From an uncultured delta proteobacterium (GTDB taxonomy: Bacteria; Desulfobacterota; Desulfuromonadia; Desulfuromonadales; BM103): a stretch of 64,000 nucleotides of DNA. Positions 30,744 to 40,624 of this stretch are shown here, piece after piece. How positions within the stretch are numbered: the stretch's first letter is position 1; every line of letters starts with the position of its first letter. The DNA lies in the NCBI GenBank assembly GCA_963715335.1, contig CAVQRZ010000026.1, forward strand, positions 32,001 to 96,000. The letters are read 5' to 3'. The position numbers and the translations under genes were made by a program. The notes under the pieces were generated by a model. It was not told the DNA's origin, made no database searches, and saw only the letters and a program-made list of their open reading frames with translations.

Positions 30744-33011
30744 TTATTTATTATTGTGTGCATATTCCTGGGCGTCGACGACGGCAACAGCAGCCATGTT
30801 GACGATGTCGGTGACATCGTCACCGCGCTGCAGGACATGGACCGGCTTCTTGGTGCCCATCAGGATGGGGCCGATCTGCTCGGCACCGCCCAGTTTATGC
30901 AGCAGCTTGTAGGCGATGTTGCCGGATTGCAGGTCCGGGAAAATGAAAACGTTGGCGTTGCCTTTGAGCTTGGAGAAGGGGTACTGCTTCTCTACGAGGT
31001 CCGGGTCAAGGGCAACATTGGCCTGGATCTCACCTTCAACGATTAGTTCCGGAGCCCTTTCCTTGACCAACTTGGTAGCTCTGGCAACCTTGTTGGTCAA
31101 CGGGTGCTGGGCGCTGCCAAAGTTGGAGAAAGAGAGCATCGCAACCCTTGGCTCAACCTCAAAGTACTTGGCTTTTTCGGCCGTCAGGATCGCGGTCTCA
31201 GCCAGTTCTTCCGCGGTCGGTTCGATGGTCACGGTGGTGTCGGCGAAGAACACGGCCTCTTTCTTGGTGACCATCATGTACAGGCCATGAACCTTGGAGA
31301 GGTTGTCCTGCTTGCCGATGATCTCAAGGGCAGGGCGGATCGTTTCCGGGTAGTGGTGGCTGATGCCGGAAAGGAGGGTGTCCGCATCGCCTTTTTCGAC
31401 CATCATGGCACCGAAATAGTTGCGGTTCTTTTTGATCAGGCGCTTGGCTTCTGCCAGGGTGACGCCTTTGCGCTGACGCATGGCAAAGAGCGCATCAATG
31501 TATTCTTTGCGTTTGGGTGAATTCTCGGGGTCAATAATCTCTGCACCTGTAATATCTGCACCGAGTTCCTTGACGCGGGCTTCGATTTCTCCCCTGTTGC
31601 CGAGCAGTATCGGCTTGGCGATGTTCTCATCAAGCAGGATCTGAGCAGCACGGATGATCTTGTCTTCTTCGCCTTCCGGGAAGACGATCCGCTTCGGGCA
31701 GGCTTTCGCCTTGTTGATCAGGGTCCGCATGACCGATTTCGAGCGGCCCTGCATCGCCTCCAGGCGTTCTCTGTATGCGTCCATGTCCTGAATGGGACGG
31801 CGTGCGACGCCGCTATCCATTGCCGCCTGCGCCACTGCAGGTGCAACGTGCAGCAGGACCCGTGGGTCAAAAGGCTTCGGGATGATATATTCGCGGCCGA
31901 ACTTTATGACCTCGCCGCCATACGCCTTGCGGACCGAGTCGGGAACGTCTTCTTTGGCAAGCTCGGCAAGCGCCATGACCGCCGCGAGTTTCATCTCGGC
32001 GTTGATTGCACTGGCATGGGTATCGAGAGCGCCGCGGAAAAGGAACGGGAAGCAGAGCACGTTATTGACCTGGTTGTTGTAATCGGAGCGGCCGGTACCT
32101 ATAATTACGTCGTCACGCACGGCTTTGGCTTCCGGCGGGGTAATCTCAGGATCAGGATTAGCCATCGCGAAGACGATCGGATCCTTGGCCATCGATTTCA
32201 GCATCTCATTCGTGAGGGCACCTTTAGCGGAGACGCCGAAGAAGATATCTGCGCCCACCATGGCGTCCTCTAGGGTTCTGGCATCGGTTTCGGCGGCCAG
32301 GCGTTCCTTGTACACGTTCATCCCCTCGGTTCTGCCCTTGTAAATGACGCCCTTGGTGTCGCAAAGGATGACCTTGTTATTGTCGATGCCCATGGTGATG
32401 GCGAGATTGGCGCAGGCAATACCGGCGGCTCCGGCACCATTGACGACAATTTTGACGTCCTCGATCTTCTTGCCTATGATTTCCAGGGCGTTGATCATGC
32501 CTGCGGCAGAGATGATGGCCGTGCCGTGCTGGTCATCGTGGAACACCGGGATATTCATGATCTCCTGGAGCTTCTCTTCGATGTAGAAGCACTCAGGACC
32601 TTTGATATCTTCCAGGTTGATGCCGCCAAAGGTCGGTTCGAGCAGTTTGACGGTGCGAATCAGTTCATCCGAGTCCTTGGTATCGATTTCAATGTCAAAG
32701 ACGTCAACATCGGCGAAACTCTTGAAGAGAACCCCTTTGCCTTCCATGACAGGTTTGCCGGCCAGTGCGCCTATATCGCCAAGGCCGAGGACTGCTGTGC
32801 CGTTGGAAACGACGGCAACCAGGTTCCCCTTGGCGGTGTATTCGTATGCGTCATCCGGGTTCTTCGCAATTTCCAGGCAAGGTTCTGCAACCCCAGGGCT
32901 GTAGGCAAGTGCAAGATCCCTGCTGGTTGCGCATGGTTTGGTGGTAATAACTTCGATCTTGCCTTTACGCCCCATCGAGTGGTAATCAAGTGCTTCCTGA
33001 CGTTTTGACAT
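30744..33011 (-). CDS. maeB: NADP-dependent malic enzyme with phosphotransacetylase-like domain
   Basis: [31 protein letters not shown]-terminal PTA domain [14 protein letters not shown]. Confidence 0.96.
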   Translation of the reverse strand: MSKRQEALDYHSMGRKGKIEVITTKPCATSRDLALAYSPGVAEPCLEIAKNPDDAYEYTAKGNLVAVVSNGTAVLGLGDIGALAGKPVMEGKGVLFKSFADVDVFDIEIDTKDSDELIRTVKLLEPTFGGINLEDIKGPECFYIEEKLQEIMNIPVFHDDQHGTAIISAAGMINALEIIGKKIEDVKIVVNGAGAAGIACANLAITMGIDNNKVILCDTKGVIYKGRTEGMNVYKERLAAETDARTLEDAMVGADIFFGVSAKGALTNEMLKSMAKDPIVFAMANPDPEITPPEAKAVRDDVIIGTGRSDYNNQVNNVLCFPFLFRGALDTHASAINAEMKLAAVMALAELAKEDVPDSVRKAYGGEVIKFGREYIIPKPFDPRVLLHVAPAVAQAAMDSGVARRPIQDMDAYRERLEAMQGRSKSVMRTLINKAKACPKRIVFPEGEEDKIIRAAQILLDENIAKPILLGNRGEIEARVKELGADITGAEIIDPENSPKRKEYIDALFAMRQRKGVTLAEAKRLIKKNRNYFGAMMVEKGDADTLLSGISHHYPETIRPALEIIGKQDNLSKVHGLYMMVTKKEAVFFADTTVTIEPTAEELAETAILTAEKAKYFEVEPRVAMLSFSNFGSAQHPLTNKVARATKLVKERAPELIVEGEIQANVALDPDLVEKQYPFSKLKGNANVFIFPDLQSGNIAYKLLHKLGGAEQIGPILMGTKKPVHVLQRGDDVTDIVNMAAVAVVDAQEYAHNNK

Positions 33012-33170
33012 CTTTCCTGCCTCCTTAGGCTTGGTTGTTTAAGCCAACTTTTGTTAAGGTTTTTTGTTATTAGTAAATATTTTTAGCAATATTAAAAAAC
33101 TTAGATAATGCTTCCTGACACTTTTTGTCAAGAAAAAACGGCCACAACTCCTGATCAGTCCTGCAAATAC

Positions 33171-33186
33171 AGCAATGCTGATGCCA
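33171..33186 (-). promoter_or_regulatory. Candidate sigma54 promoter facing maeB
   Basis: Minus strand TGGCATCAGCATTGCT, GG-N10-GC, 160 nt upstream of the maeB ATG. Confidence 0.6.
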
Positions 33187-33464
33187 AAATGGTAAAAAGT
33201 GTGAACCTGGCATGAAAGATCTTTGAACATCACTAAAATATCGCTTTTATCTGATGCGTCAAGCGCTGTTATCTTTTAAAACGGTTATTGATAAACAAAT
33301 AGATGGCGGAAATCGGCCAGGTCGGGCGGCTATTGATCGTTATCAGGAAGATTGACAAGGCGTAGTCAAGGCGTTTTACTATAAATACTTTCCCGCAACG
33401 TGAAAACGCTTGTCATACTTTTGCCGAAGTTGTCGTCTGTTGATCATTTAGCGGTGGTTTACCC

Positions 33465-33953
33465 TTGAGAATAGCTGTCTTTTCAGATACCCACCTTGGC
33501 GATACATCAGAAGCCCGGTCTTTTCTCCTCGAATTGGTGGAAGGTCTGCTCGATCCGATCGACATGATAATCCATGCGGGGGACCTGGTTGCCCTTGACC
33601 TGCTCGACGTCTTTGACGGCTACCCGGTACATATCGTGCGTGGCAATATGGATCCGTCTTCTCCTGACATCCCGATCAAGAAAGTTATCCGTATCAACGG
33701 CTTCAAGATCGGCCTGATTCACGGCTGGGGGCCGGCTGAAGGGATCGAAGCAAGAATTTACAAAGAATTCAGTACGATCCCAATTGATTGCCTGGTTTAC
33801 GGGCATAGCCATGTGCCGGTATGCCATGTACGCGACGGGGTCCTGTTCTTTAACCCCGGCAGCGCTACGGATCGGCGCAGCATGTCCTGCCACACCGTCG
33901 GTCTTCTGGAGATCGGTACAGGCATCAGGGGCACGATTGTACAACTCGATTGA
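33465..33953 (+). CDS. YfcE-family metallophosphoesterase
   Basis: SDTH, HAGD, RGNMD, HG, GHSH, NPGS; TTG start. Confidence 0.9.
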   Translation: MRIAVFSDTHLGDTSEARSFLLELVEGLLDPIDMIIHAGDLVALDLLDVFDGYPVHIVRGNMDPSSPDIPIKKVIRINGFKIGLIHGWGPAEGIEARIYKEFSTIPIDCLVYGHSHVPVCHVRDGVLFFNPGSATDRRSMSCHTVGLLEIGTGIRGTIVQLD

Positions 33954-33985
33954 TGTTAAGATCTTTGACCCTGGAGATATGACTT

Positions 33986-34462
33986 ATGGATCGTTTGTGG
34001 GCGCCATGGCGCCTGGAATACATACAGAAGCCGGAAGCGGAAGAGTGCATTTTCTGTGTCGATGCTGACAATGCCAGTGATTCCGGACGACTCATCGTGT
34101 CACGTGGGGATACCTGCTATGTGATGATGAACCGTTACCCTTACTCCAACGGGCATCTGATGGTTTCACCTTATCGCCATCTCGCCGATCCTGCAGACCT
34201 TGAAGGGCCGGAGATCCAGGAACTCCATCGTTTGATGGTCCTCTGTCAGGCCGTTTTGCGTAGCAGCTGCTCTGCCCAGGGGTTTAATGTCGGCTGGAAT
34301 TTTGGCCAGGCAGCCGGGGCGGGGATTGCCGCACACATCCATATGCATATCGTGCCGCGCTGGGCGGGAGACAGCAACTTCATGCCGATTCTTGCGGACA
34401 CCAGGATTATTCCGCAACATATCGAAAAGACGTATACTTTACTGACCAAGGCTTTTTCCTGA
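33986..34462 (+). CDS. HIT-family nucleotide hydrolase/phosphorylase
   Basis: LWAPWR, CIFC, NRYPYSNGHLM, histidine triad HIHMHIVPRW. Confidence 0.92.
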   Translation: MDRLWAPWRLEYIQKPEAEECIFCVDADNASDSGRLIVSRGDTCYVMMNRYPYSNGHLMVSPYRHLADPADLEGPEIQELHRLMVLCQAVLRSSCSAQGFNVGWNFGQAAGAGIAAHIHMHIVPRWAGDSNFMPILADTRIIPQHIEKTYTLLTKAFS

Positions 34463-34571
34463 AACAGCACAGCTTTTCGTTGTAATCGTCAGTAGAAACC
34501 AATAAAATTAGCCCCATTGCTTGGGTGCTCATCACTCTACTCATTTTCGTTCCTGGAGGAGATTTCGATAT

Positions 34572-35171
34572 ATGTGGCTTGTTATCCAAAAAGGCGGGTA
34601 CCTCATGTACCCGATCGCTCTTTGTTCAATTTTAGCTCTTGGGATCTTCCTCGAACGGCTCTGGACCTACATCAAGGTTCGCAGGGAGTTCAGGGAGCTT
34701 GCCCATCAAGTTGAACCGCTGGTGGCAAAAGACCACCGCGAAGACGCTATCACCGTATGTCATAAATCCAACTCGCCATTGGCGCAGGTTTTTCTTGCCG
34801 CTCTGCGTGCCGCAGGGCGCAGTCGTGAACAGATCAAGGCCGTGGTCGAAGAGACCGGTCGCCGTGAGGCTGCCCCGTTGCAGCGCTTTTTAGGCCTGTT
34901 GGGAACCATCGCGACAATCTCGCCTTTGCTGGGATTGCTCGGTACGGTCCTTGGCATGATCCGGGCTTTCAACGTGATTGCCAGCCAGGGAATGGGAACT
35001 CCTGCTACCCTTGGTGGAGGAATATCGGAAGCACTGATCACGACTGCTGCAGGTATGACCGTCGCCATACCGGTCATCCTGGCGCACCGTTATCTGTCCA
35101 GCAGGCTCGATCAGTTGATTATTGAAATGGAAGATTACTCTCTTCGACTTGTTGAACTGTTGGGTAAGTAA
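34572..35171 (+). CDS. MotA/TolQ/ExbB proton channel protein
   Basis: SPLLGLLGTVLGMI, GGISEALITTAAG; ATG 34572 after SD ggagga. Confidence 0.92.
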   Translation: MWLVIQKGGYLMYPIALCSILALGIFLERLWTYIKVRREFRELAHQVEPLVAKDHREDAITVCHKSNSPLAQVFLAALRAAGRSREQIKAVVEETGRREAAPLQRFLGLLGTIATISPLLGLLGTVLGMIRAFNVIASQGMGTPATLGGGISEALITTAAGMTVAIPVILAHRYLSSRLDQLIIEMEDYSLRLVELLGK

Positions 35172-35579
35172 ATGAGCTTTCTGCGCAAAACGAGTGAAGA
35201 ACCACGCATCGACCTCACACCGATGGTCGATGTGGTTTTTCTTCTGCTGATATTTTTCATGATCTCCACAACTTTTGTGGAAAGCCCGGGAATTTCGATC
35301 AAACTCCCTGAAGCCTCTTCGCAGTCGATTGAGCGTGAGCCCCGGGAACTCAAGATATATCTTTCCACCGAAGGTGATATTTATTATCTCGACCGTAAAA
35401 TTTCCATCACTGACTACAAACGATTGCTGTCCGAGCATCAGTCTGCCGCTGACACCACGACCATCCTGCTCCTCGCCGACCAGGAATCGCGTCATGGCAA
35501 AGTCGTCACGCTGATGGACCTCGCCCGCGATGCCGGCTTCGTCAAGTTGGCGATCGCTACCGAGCAGCGCAAGAAATAG
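35172..35579 (+). CDS. ExbD/TolR family protein
   Basis: IDLTPMVDVVFLLLIFFM. Confidence 0.92.
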   Translation: MSFLRKTSEEPRIDLTPMVDVVFLLLIFFMISTTFVESPGISIKLPEASSQSIEREPRELKIYLSTEGDIYYLDRKISITDYKRLLSEHQSAADTTTILLLADQESRHGKVVTLMDLARDAGFVKLAIATEQRKK

Positions 35580-35674
35580 GGGACTGACCCAACAGGGGCC
35601 GCGTCCCGGTGTTTGGCTGTTGGGTGACCGGTGAAAAAACCTGTCACTCCATCGATGGCCGGAGGAATGTGTTC

Positions 35675-36778
35675 ATGAGCCGAACTATTGCAATATTAAC
35701 CGGGGGCGGAGATTGCCCAGGACTGAATGCGGTCATCCGAGGGGTGGTGCGCAGCGCTGTCCTCAAACGCAACTGGCGCGTGATAGGTATTGAGGATGGT
35801 TTTGACGGCCTGGTGGGCGAACCTCGCTGGCGTGAACTGACGCTTGAGTCAGTGCGTGGTATTTTACCTCGTGGCGGAACAATTCTCGGGACCAGTAATC
35901 GTGGCAATCCGCTTGCTTATCCTGTCGTTGAAAATGGCCAGACGCGTTTGCTCGACGTCTCGCATGGAGTCGTCGGCAATTTCAATAAGCTGGGGCTCGA
36001 TGCGTTGATTGCGGTCGGTGGTGACGGCACGCTAAAAATTGCCCGAGCCCTCCAGGAGCTGGGAATGCCGATGGTCGGGGTACCGAAAACCATCGATAAT
36101 GACCTGCGTGGCACGGATGTGACCTTCGGCTACAATACGGCAGTGGGGATAGTCACAGAGGCACTGGACAGGCTGCACACAACGGCAGAAAGCCACCACC
36201 GGGTCATGGTGGTTGAAGTTATGGGCCGCGACGCCGGCTGGATTGCCCTCGAGTCGGGTATTGCGGGATCTGCAGATATCATCCTGATCCCGGAAATACC
36301 TTTTGATCTGGCAGCAGTGTGTGATGCGATCAGTCAACGCAAGGCAATGGGCAGAAAGTTTTCCATAGTCGTCGTTGCGGAGGGGGCCTTCCCGGCAGAT
36401 GGCCACAAGGTCGTGCAGGTGACCTCGGACGAGAATAGTGGTGTTGAGCGCCTCGGCGGAGTCGGTGCCTTTGTTGCTGATGAAATCTCACGGCGCATGC
36501 AGATGGAGACGCGGGTCGTTGTGCTGGGCCACGTTCAGCGCGGTGGGACGCCATCGCCGTTTGACAGGATCCTCGGCTCCCGTTTCGGGGTCAAGGCCGT
36601 TGAATTGATCGAGCAAGGGCAATTCGGGCGCATGGTCTCCCTGCAGGGACGTGATGTTTGTGACGTCGAAATCGAGGTCGCGGTTGATTCACTCAATCGT
36701 GTTGACCCTGACGGGAGTCTGGTCAGGTCGGCCGAGGCCCTGGGTATCGTGCTGGGAAAGAAACGGGGCAATTCTTAA
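35675..36778 (+). CDS. pfkA: 6-phosphofructokinase
   Basis: TGGGDCPGLN, GGDGT, PKTIDND, EVMGR, LGHVQRGG; ATG 35675 after SD ggagg. Confidence 0.93.
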   Translation: MSRTIAILTGGGDCPGLNAVIRGVVRSAVLKRNWRVIGIEDGFDGLVGEPRWRELTLESVRGILPRGGTILGTSNRGNPLAYPVVENGQTRLLDVSHGVVGNFNKLGLDALIAVGGDGTLKIARALQELGMPMVGVPKTIDNDLRGTDVTFGYNTAVGIVTEALDRLHTTAESHHRVMVVEVMGRDAGWIALESGIAGSADIILIPEIPFDLAAVCDAISQRKAMGRKFSIVVVAEGAFPADGHKVVQVTSDENSGVERLGGVGAFVADEISRRMQMETRVVVLGHVQRGGTPSPFDRILGSRFGVKAVELIEQGQFGRMVSLQGRDVCDVEIEVAVDSLNRVDPDGSLVRSAEALGIVLGKKRGNS

Positions 36779-36788
36779 AGGAGAGGCC

Positions 36789-38792
36789 GTGTTAATTACC
36801 GAGGTCCTGGGTGGCAAAAGCGGCAAGCGTGATGTCGCCTACGCAATTTGCGGCATGCTCCTCGGTGTCATGGCTCCACTAGGCTGGATAACCCTGCGCC
36901 TGATCCTGTTCTGGGATGACGGCAGCTCACTCGCCAGCCAGGTCGTCACAGATATCATGGCCACGCAACAGAGCCGCTACATGTATTCCTACATGTGTGG
37001 TGGAACCATGGTCGTCCTGGGTTTCTTTGGGTTCTTCATCGGCCGGGCATCTCAACAGATCCATGATCGGGCGTTGAAACTCGATCTCCTCAACCAGAAT
37101 GTCGCTGAGCAGAAAACCAATTTCGAGCATCGCTTCACTGAACTTGACCGCAGCATCAAGAACTTTCACATCATCAATACGGATCTCCAGAGGAGCATCA
37201 ACCGCCAGGAAATCCTGCGTCTGTCAGCTGACGGGCTACACGATGTCATCGGCTTTGACCGCGTCAATATCCTGATGTTGAGTGAAGACCGGCAACAGCT
37301 TTTTTTCTCGGTCTGCCGTGGCGCCAATCTGGATGATAATGTCAACATCAAGCTACCTTTCGATGAACGAGCGGGTTGCCTGTACAAGTCGGTTGCCGAC
37401 CGTCAGGTGATGCTGATCGACGACATCGCCAAGATGCCTGAAGAGTACCATCTGCGCCCACCGTGCGACAGCGTCCCGCAGCTGCGGTCGCGTAACTTTA
37501 TCCTTTGCCCGATCATTATTCGTAACCAGGCGATTGGTTTGCTGGCCGTCGATAATAAATACAAGCGGCACAAGCTGGTCGATACAGACGTTGATACGGT
37601 CAAACTCTTCGCAGACCAGATCTCTTCTTCTATGATGCGCATCAACCTTCTCGACGCCGTGGAGACGCTCACCCAACAACTTGAACACACCTTCAATGAA
37701 TTTCTCAAGTACCGCAATGAACATGCTGATCTGATAACGTCTTTACGTCGCGCCACATCATCAACGACCAGCGCAACTGCGGATATTTCCGGTGGGGCGG
37801 GCATCATCCAGGAATCAGTCAATTCGACCCGCTCAGCAGTCGGCCAGATCTCGGTATCTATCGAACAGGTCTCCAACAGCCTGAAAGCTCTCAACGAATT
37901 CATGGAGAGTTCGGTCGCTTCCATGACCGAAATCCAGTACACCATCAGCGCCGTCGAAGAAAGCAGTGCCAGGTCGCACGCCATGTCGGAAAAAGTCAAG
38001 GAGCGAGCCGAGCATGGTGTTGAAACGGTCAACCATGTTCTCAAGGGGTTGCGTGGGATTGTGACGTCTGTCGAGCATGCCGGAGATGTCATTAACAACC
38101 TGTCTGAAAAAGGCGAAGAGGTTGGGATGGTGACCTCGGTGGTGACCGAGTTAACGCAGAAGACCAGCCTGCTTGCTCTCAACGCAGCAATCATCGCCGC
38201 TCAGGCCGGTGAACACGGCCGTTCGTTTGCGGTGGTCGCTGACGAAGTCAGGTCCCTTGCGCAGGAATCAGCGATGTCGACAGACCGGATCAATCAGATT
38301 ATTGAGGAGATCCAGAGATATACGCGAGAGACAGTAGAGCACATCAATTCGACGACAAAGCTGGTCAAACAGGGGATGGAGCAGGGGGTGGAGATGGCGG
38401 ACGTGCTCGCCCAGATCCTGGACAGTTCTCATCAGGCCATGGAAATGGCACATGACATCCGTAAATCGACCCGGGAAATTTCGACGTCGGTAGTCGGCGT
38501 GAGAAATTCGATTGAGGAACTGGGTGTGATGTCGTCGCAGGTTTCCAGAGCCTCCCGTGAGGAGGCCAATGGCGCCAAGAGTATCGTCGCTGCGGTTGAA
38601 GAAGTCCGGGCGATGGCTGACGACATGGTGAACGCCACGTCACAACAGACTGACAACACCCGACAGATCGAGACCTCGGTGGATCGGGTCAGCGATATGG
38701 CGCAACGGATCTTCGATGAGATGGATGCCCGCCGCAAGGGCAGCCTGCAGGTTATAGATGATCTGCGCAGGCTGAAAGAGAAGACCGTCTGA
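36789..38792 (+). CDS. Methyl-accepting chemotaxis protein with two TM helices and a cytoplasmic GAF domain
   Basis: Two hydrophobic segments; GAF (FDRVNIL ... CPIIIRNQAIGLLAVDN); hairpin LLALNAAIIAAQAGEHGRSFAVVADEVR; GTG 36789 after SD aggagag. Confidence 0.92.
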   Translation: MLITEVLGGKSGKRDVAYAICGMLLGVMAPLGWITLRLILFWDDGSSLASQVVTDIMATQQSRYMYSYMCGGTMVVLGFFGFFIGRASQQIHDRALKLDLLNQNVAEQKTNFEHRFTELDRSIKNFHIINTDLQRSINRQEILRLSADGLHDVIGFDRVNILMLSEDRQQLFFSVCRGANLDDNVNIKLPFDERAGCLYKSVADRQVMLIDDIAKMPEEYHLRPPCDSVPQLRSRNFILCPIIIRNQAIGLLAVDNKYKRHKLVDTDVDTVKLFADQISSSMMRINLLDAVETLTQQLEHTFNEFLKYRNEHADLITSLRRATSSTTSATADISGGAGIIQESVNSTRSAVGQISVSIEQVSNSLKALNEFMESSVASMTEIQYTISAVEESSARSHAMSEKVKERAEHGVETVNHVLKGLRGIVTSVEHAGDVINNLSEKGEEVGMVTSVVTELTQKTSLLALNAAIIAAQAGEHGRSFAVVADEVRSLAQESAMSTDRINQIIEEIQRYTRETVEHINSTTKLVKQGMEQGVEMADVLAQILDSSHQAMEMAHDIRKSTREISTSVVGVRNSIEELGVMSSQVSRASREEANGAKSIVAAVEEVRAMADDMVNATSQQTDNTRQIETSVDRVSDMAQRIFDEMDARRKGSLQVIDDLRRLKEKTV

Positions 38793-38892
38793 GGGGTGGT
38801 AGAGATAAAAGAGCAGGTTGTTGTTTTATCTTCGAGCCTGCGGAATCCGTTGTTGCTGCCGCCTTGTCTGCTCGGCTGGTCTCAAACGTAGC

Positions 38893-39882
38893 TTATTCCA
38901 GCGGCCGTTTCTCGTTAGGTTCGTTGTCCTGTTGCCACCATTTTTCCTGTTGAATCTCTGCGTGGCGAACTATCTGGGCCGGACAGGCGTCCCTTTCTGG
39001 GCAGTCATGTCGTCGACAGGGTTCGACATGGATCGTTACGTCTGTGCCGATAATCTCATCGCCGATTTTTTTCTCTATGTAGTCAGTGATGTCGTGGGCC
39101 TCTTCGACCGAGAGATGCTTGCATACGGTCAGGTGGAAATCGATCAGCTTCTGTGATCCGGCTCGCCGTGTCCGCAGGTTATGGTAACCGAACAAGTCGT
39201 GCTTGTGTTCCTCAATTAAATCCTCAATCTCCTTGCGCACGGTTTCGGGTAGCTGTTCGTCGAGGATATCCCTCAGGCCATGGCGCAAGAGCCGCAGCGA
39301 TTCAAAGAGGATATAGCATGCGACCAGGATCGACATGACCGGGTCCAGCCATGGCAGGTTGAACCAGGTCATGAGGACCAGGCCGATAAGCAGGGCCAGG
39401 TTGGTGTAAACATCCATTGAAAAGTGTAGTGAGTCAGCCTCGAGTGCGGACGAATCTGTTGCTTTGGCGACCTCGCGCAGGTGACGGCTGATCAGGTAGG
39501 AGGCAAAGATGCTGATGGACATGACAGCAATGCCGATGCCGGTTTGTCTGATCGGGCTGGAAACGATTATGCGCTGTATGGCCTCGTAAATGATCCAGGC
39601 GCCGGACAGGGCAATGACTACTGATTGAAAAAGGGTCGCCAGGGTTTCGAACTTGCCGTGCCCGTAAGGATGCTGCTCGTCCGCCGGTTGCTCGGCCTGC
39701 CGAATGGCCATGAGGTTGATGCCGGACATGAGAATGTCCATCAGCGAGTCTATAGCCGAGCTCAGCACTGCCAGGCTGCCGGTAAAAACACCGGTGAGGA
39801 GTTTCAGGACTGCCAGGCACAGTGCGGTGAACACTGAAAGCCGGGCTGCGGCCATTTTGGGTGAACGGGTTGTCTGTGTCAT
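38893..39882 (-). CDS. Cation diffusion facilitator (FieF-like)
   Basis: SAIDSLMD, HPYGHGKFE, ADSLHFSMD, EEAHDI, IHVEPC; Cys/His-containing tail. Confidence 0.92.
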   Translation of the reverse strand: MTQTTRSPKMAAARLSVFTALCLAVLKLLTGVFTGSLAVLSSAIDSLMDILMSGINLMAIRQAEQPADEQHPYGHGKFETLATLFQSVVIALSGAWIIYEAIQRIIVSSPIRQTGIGIAVMSISIFASYLISRHLREVAKATDSSALEADSLHFSMDVYTNLALLIGLVLMTWFNLPWLDPVMSILVACYILFESLRLLRHGLRDILDEQLPETVRKEIEDLIEEHKHDLFGYHNLRTRRAGSQKLIDFHLTVCKHLSVEEAHDITDYIEKKIGDEIIGTDVTIHVEPCRRHDCPERDACPAQIVRHAEIQQEKWWQQDNEPNEKRPLE

Positions 39883-40409
39883 GATATGTCGGGCACCGGC
39901 TCAAGCGGGCAGGCCTGTCGCCAGGCGTCAAATCCGTTATCTTCTATGGCCCAGAAATCGTCTATCCTCTGTTGGTAATAATTGACCTCATCGCATTGCC
40001 GGGCAATCTTCAGCGCTGCCTGCCGATCTATGAGGTTTTGGCCCGCCAGGAAATCATAGAACAGGGCCGTGCCTCTGAGGACGCATTTCAGTTCAGTGAG
40101 ATTCGGCTCGAGGGTACGGATGATGTACCAGTGTCCGGCAAACTGCCGGATACGCTCTACTGTTACGGAGAATAGATTGTCGCGACGGTCGGCGATCATG
40201 AATTCACGCAGGAAATAATCCGCCCCGTGGCAGATCTCTCCAGCCTGCTCAGGCAGGAGTCCTTCCTGGCAGGTTAAATACTGATTGAAGTGGCGCAGCA
40301 GGTCGACGCACCGCTTGTCGACCTGGATCTCATCGTCCAGGGTGACGATGTTGAAGGCATTTCTGTTCAAACCCTGCAGGAGCGGTTTCAGGTCGTTGTC
40401 AGGGCACAT
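39879..40409 (-). CDS. Hypothetical protein, possibly integrase core-binding-like fold
   Basis: 176 aa ORF with SD aaggag; its stop overlaps the CDF start (ATGA). Confidence 0.75.
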   Translation of the reverse strand: MCPDNDLKPLLQGLNRNAFNIVTLDDEIQVDKRCVDLLRHFNQYLTCQEGLLPEQAGEICHGADYFLREFMIADRRDNLFSVTVERIRQFAGHWYIIRTLEPNLTELKCVLRGTALFYDFLAGQNLIDRQAALKIARQCDEVNYYQQRIDDFWAIEDNGFDAWRQACPLEPVPDIS

Positions 40410-40624
40410 GCAGATGATGAACTCCTTAATCTGAAGTAGCCTTAACCATAAAGCACTTTAAATGGCTTGGCAACCACCAGATTTTGTCAGAAAAGAGTCT
40501 TTGCTATTTACAGTCAACTGGCTGTTTTGTTAACATAATAATGTTTCGATGTGTAGCTTTAATGTTTCCAGAGCGGCCCCGTAAAGGGTTGTTTTTTTTG
40601 GATTATTACTGAGTTAATGTGCTG

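Noticed and set aside
36651..36788. N-terminal extension of the MCP overlapping pfkA
   Set aside because: GTG 36789 has a good SD and avoids a 128-nt overlap.
40529..40556. Possible dif site (minus strand ttatgttaaca resembles the XerD arm)
   Set aside because: The XerC-side arm (tacacatcgaa) does not match; more simply part of an AT-rich promoter region.
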